Shown piece by piece: positions 7,004 to 9,339 of a DNA stretch of 9,339 bases (the stretch's first letter is position 1; every line of letters begins with the position of its first letter). The position numbers were made by a program, and so were the translations under genes. Under the pieces are notes generated by a model. The model saw only the letters and a program-made list of their open reading frames with translations, ran no database searches and had not been told where the DNA came from. The DNA is from Promethearchaeia archaeon. GTDB lineage: Archaea; Asgardarchaeota; Lokiarchaeia; Sigyniarchaeales; SOKP01. The stretch lies in contig JAWOFX010000094.1 in NCBI GenBank assembly GCA_046497275.1, forward strand, positions 1 through 9,339, given 5' to 3'.

Positions 7004-8713
7004 CTATTTAGACACCCTTTTTAATTCCTTGATAGATTTTTCGGCAAGGCGAATAGCATCATCATAATCTATTTTTAATTGATCCATTTCCATCTCTAAT
7101 TCTTTTGTATATTTTTCTAATTGTTCAAGTGTTTGGGCTGTTTTTTGATCCATATCCGAACCACCTTCTCCAGTTTCTACTCGCTCTTTCAATGAATTAT
7201 ATTTTTCTTCCCAAACTTTTACTTCAGTCTGCAATTCTTTCACTCTTTCATCAACAGGAACGCTACTTGGTGCCCCAGCTTTTTGTATCTCTAATTCTTC
7301 GTATCTCTCCTTCCATTTTGTAATGCCCTCTTCTAATTCTTTTATTTTCATCTTCATATCTGATATCATATCTAATAAATCATCCTTTGTCTTGTCACCT
7401 AATATCTCTTTGAACATCTCTTTCCCTGCTTCTATTTGTGACTCTGATTTATCTCCTAAAATGCGTTGCTTCCGTTTTTGTAAATCTTCTACTGTCTGTT
7501 CTGAGAGATAGTCTAACGCATTAAATCCAATACCACCATGTTGAGTTCTTCTTTTTCTCACTTTTATAAAAATAGGAACACCTCTCACAGCTTCTCCACT
7601 TATAATACCTTCTCCTCTATCTAATCCGCTAATATCATCTCTATTATCTCTACTAAGATCCTCAGCACTTGAAATAGTGATATTAATATCGTTTACATCT
7701 GAAAGGCTATGAACTACCCACGTTCCTGCTTGTGCTCGTATTGTTGTGTCTAAGAGTTGTGGCCTTTGGGTTCCAATTACTAAATTCGCTCCAAATTTAC
7801 GGCCTTCTTGAGAAAATAGTCTAACAGTGTCACTAGTTGCGCTTGATTTTTTTCCAGCGAAAAGATGTGCCTCATCTAAAAATAAATAAAATGGAGGAAT
7901 CTTTCTCGATGTACTCGCCTGATATAATTTTTTTAATAATCTTCCCGCAAGAGTTTCTTGTGCCTCAAGGGATATTCCTCTCATATTAATGATGCTACAG
8001 AGATTTGGTGCCACAATATCCTTCTCGTCTAAAGAAAAGAGGTATTCGATATCGATATCTGCTCCTTTATTAATACTCAAATCAGAAAATTCAATAATAT
8101 TATCAATAAACTCGCTTTCAGCACCACCTTCATCTTCACCAGCGATTTTTAAACTTCCATATTCTCCATGTCTGTCAAGAATTACCACTGGAATACCCTT
8201 TTCCATGAATTCCTCACATAATACACCCATTGTGTAAGATTTTCCACTTCCTGAACGCCCAGTAATAAATACACGACCAAAATCTTTTATTAACAAGTTT
8301 ACATCAAAATCATATCCAAGAAGTTTTCCAAGCGCAACTGATTTTTCAGGAGGATTATCTATTCCCAACAGTTTTCGGATTTGTTGTTCCTTTGCTAAAT
8401 ATACTTTAGACCCTACCTCAAATGGTCTTTTAGGTCTGTCCCCAACAACGGTTAGATCCGCTTTCATTCCATCCGAATCATTCCATATTTTTGAGATAGA
8501 AAGAATAAAATAGTCCGTATCTTCATTTTTTTTGGCTTTTTTATCATCCTTATAAATAGTAAGGTAACTTGTTCGTTCTACTTCTTTGCTTTCAATTAGA
8601 AGTGTAGCAGAACTTAACTCAGTTTTTCCAGTAAGTCTTCCAACGGGCTTTTCTTCAGTTCCTCCGATATCCTCATCCTTACTGGGTGAATCATTATCAT
8701 TATTATCTGACAT
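7004..8713 (-). CDS. HerA/FtsK-superfamily (DUF87) P-loop ATPase with HAS-barrel-like N-terminus and C-terminal coiled-coil repeats
   Basis: 569 aa. Walker A GRSGSGKS (152-159), DRHGEY (180-185), Walker B LFLDEAH (277-283), EGRKFG, TQRP (315-318), R..T.HGG (388-394). N-terminal beta-rich region with RPFEVGSKVYLA resembling the HAS barrel. Residues ~445-567 are heptad-rich and charged. Confidence 0.9.
   Translation of the reverse strand: MSDNNDNDSPSKDEDIGGTEEKPVGRLTGKTELSSATLLIESKEVERTSYLTIYKDDKKAKKNEDTDYFILSISKIWNDSDGMKADLTVVGDRPKRPFEVGSKVYLAKEQQIRKLLGIDNPPEKSVALGKLLGYDFDVNLLIKDFGRVFITGRSGSGKSYTMGVLCEEFMEKGIPVVILDRHGEYGSLKIAGEDEGGAESEFIDNIIEFSDLSINKGADIDIEYLFSLDEKDIVAPNLCSIINMRGISLEAQETLAGRLLKKLYQASTSRKIPPFYLFLDEAHLFAGKKSSATSDTVRLFSQEGRKFGANLVIGTQRPQLLDTTIRAQAGTWVVHSLSDVNDINITISSAEDLSRDNRDDISGLDRGEGIISGEAVRGVPIFIKVRKRRTQHGGIGFNALDYLSEQTVEDLQKRKQRILGDKSESQIEAGKEMFKEILGDKTKDDLLDMISDMKMKIKELEEGITKWKERYEELEIQKAGAPSSVPVDERVKELQTEVKVWEEKYNSLKERVETGEGGSDMDQKTAQTLEQLEKYTKELEMEMDQLKIDYDDAIRLAEKSIKELKRVSK
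7052..7345 (-). repeat. Three degenerate ~19-aa coiled-coil repeats in the ATPase tail
   Basis: aa 457-475 IKELEEGITKWKERYEELE (7345-7289), aa 491-509 VKELQTEVKVWEEKYNSLK (7243-7187), aa 536-554 TKELEMEMDQLKIDYDDAI (7108-7052). Confidence 0.7.
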
Positions 8714-8729
8714 AATTAATCACTTTAAG

Positions 8730-8745
8730 TTGTATATATATACAA
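8730..8745. promoter_or_regulatory. Perfect 16-bp palindrome (candidate operator) overlapping the probable TATA box of the HerA-like gene
   Basis: TTGTATATATATACAA is its own reverse complement and lies 17-32 nt upstream of the ATG at 8713. Confidence 0.55.
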
Positions 8746-8809
8746 TAGTTTGGATTAAAATTAATAATAACTATTATGAAGATAAAAGAAAATTAAGAAA
8801 TTTAAATCT

Positions 8810-8830
8810 ATAGAAAATAATGTTTTCTAT
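8810..8830 (-). terminator. AU-rich hairpin followed by T-rich tract after the DUF2156 gene
   Basis: ATAGAAAA-(5 nt)-TTTTCTAT 8-bp stem 6 nt past the stop codon, followed on minus by TTTCTTAATTTTCTTTT. Confidence 0.35.
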
Positions 8831-8835
8831 GTTCC

Positions 8836-9339
8836 TTAAGGCTCTTCTTTATATACAATATATTTCTTGACCATATGATCTGGATGGTATGATTGTTTAG
8901 CTCTTCTCAACCCTGGAATTCCTAAATCTTGTTCACGATTAACATATTCAGTACCTTCTTCGCAACAATTCTCCAGAAACATATGATTTATGGCTTGATA
9001 TGACCCATTATAATGTCTATGAGCTTTCTCAATATGGATAGCTGTTGTATTATCATTCAACATCTCGCCAAAAGTATAGGCAACGGGATCATCTTCTACC
9101 AGCAATACACCACCATTATAGCCTAATTCAGAATAATTATCAATTAACCTGTTGATTGCCTTTTGTTCTTGTGCCAAATCTTTATTACTCTGGCATTCAT
9201 TAATGATGCACCATTTATTTTGAAGTCTCCGACATGTCTCAATCCACTCTTCAGAAAGGAGATGAAATTCATAGTCATATTCCTCTAAGAAACTTTCCAA
9301 AAATCGACGCTTAGAACGATATTTATTCCCTGAAAGATC
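8836..9339 (-). CDS. DUF2156 (phosphatidylglycerol lysyltransferase C-terminal-like, aminoacyl-tRNA transferase fold) protein, 5'-truncated by the window edge
   Basis: Motifs IHIEKA, Y..IN..F and YVNREQDLG..GLR.AK.SY.P. The frame stays open upstream of the track's TTG at 9300 to the window edge (DLSGNKYRSKRRFLESF), which includes the family L.G.KY..KR motif, so the true start lies beyond 9339. Confidence 0.88.
   Translation of the reverse strand, partial: DLSGNKYRSKRRFLESFLEEYDYEFHLLSEEWIETCRRLQNKWCIINECQSNKDLAQEQKAINRLIDNYSELGYNGGVLLVEDDPVAYTFGEMLNDNTTAIHIEKAHRHYNGSYQAINHMFLENCCEEGTEYVNREQDLGIPGLRRAKQSYHPDHMVKKYIVYKEEP

Noticed and set aside
6984-7024. AGGAG followed by a 10-codon plus-strand ORF (MEGFLFRHPF)
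   Set aside because: Overlaps the ATPase stop antisense; the purine run is simply the complement of that gene's pyrimidine-rich terminator region.
7004-8713. Calling the ATPase canonical herA or part of a Sir2-HerA/nuclease-HerA defence system
   Set aside because: No nurA/mre11/rad50, sirtuin or nuclease gene is adjacent, and the domain architecture differs from canonical HerA.
9298-9300. TTG start assigned by the ORF track to the DUF2156 gene
   Set aside because: The frame is open to 9339 and includes the conserved L.G.KY..KR motif upstream, so the gene is truncated rather than starting here.

Overview
Very AT-rich, gene-dense window with eight protein-coding genes and no RNA gene, CRISPR array or recognisable mobile element. 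In order: a membrane-anchored divergent M23 metallopeptidase-like protein (+), a UroD/MtaA-CmuA-fold protein (+), a small 3-TM hypothetical protein (-), an alpha/beta hydrolase fused to a multi-pass membrane domain (-), an OFA/MCT-type MFS transporter (+), an M42 (TET-type) aminopeptidase (-), an atypical HerA/FtsK-family (DUF87) ATPase with a repeated coiled-coil tail (-), and the 3' part of a stand-alone DUF2156 aminoacyl-transferase-fold gene cut by the window edge (-). BRE/TATA-like promoters, oligo-T terminators and the gene content suggest an anaerobic archaeon, most plausibly Asgard (Lokiarchaeia-like); this is inference, not a database result. The most unusual items are the HerA-like ATPase architecture and a perfect 16-bp palindrome (TTGTATATATATACAA, one base per arm from the E. 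coli LexA-box consensus) over its probable TATA box.
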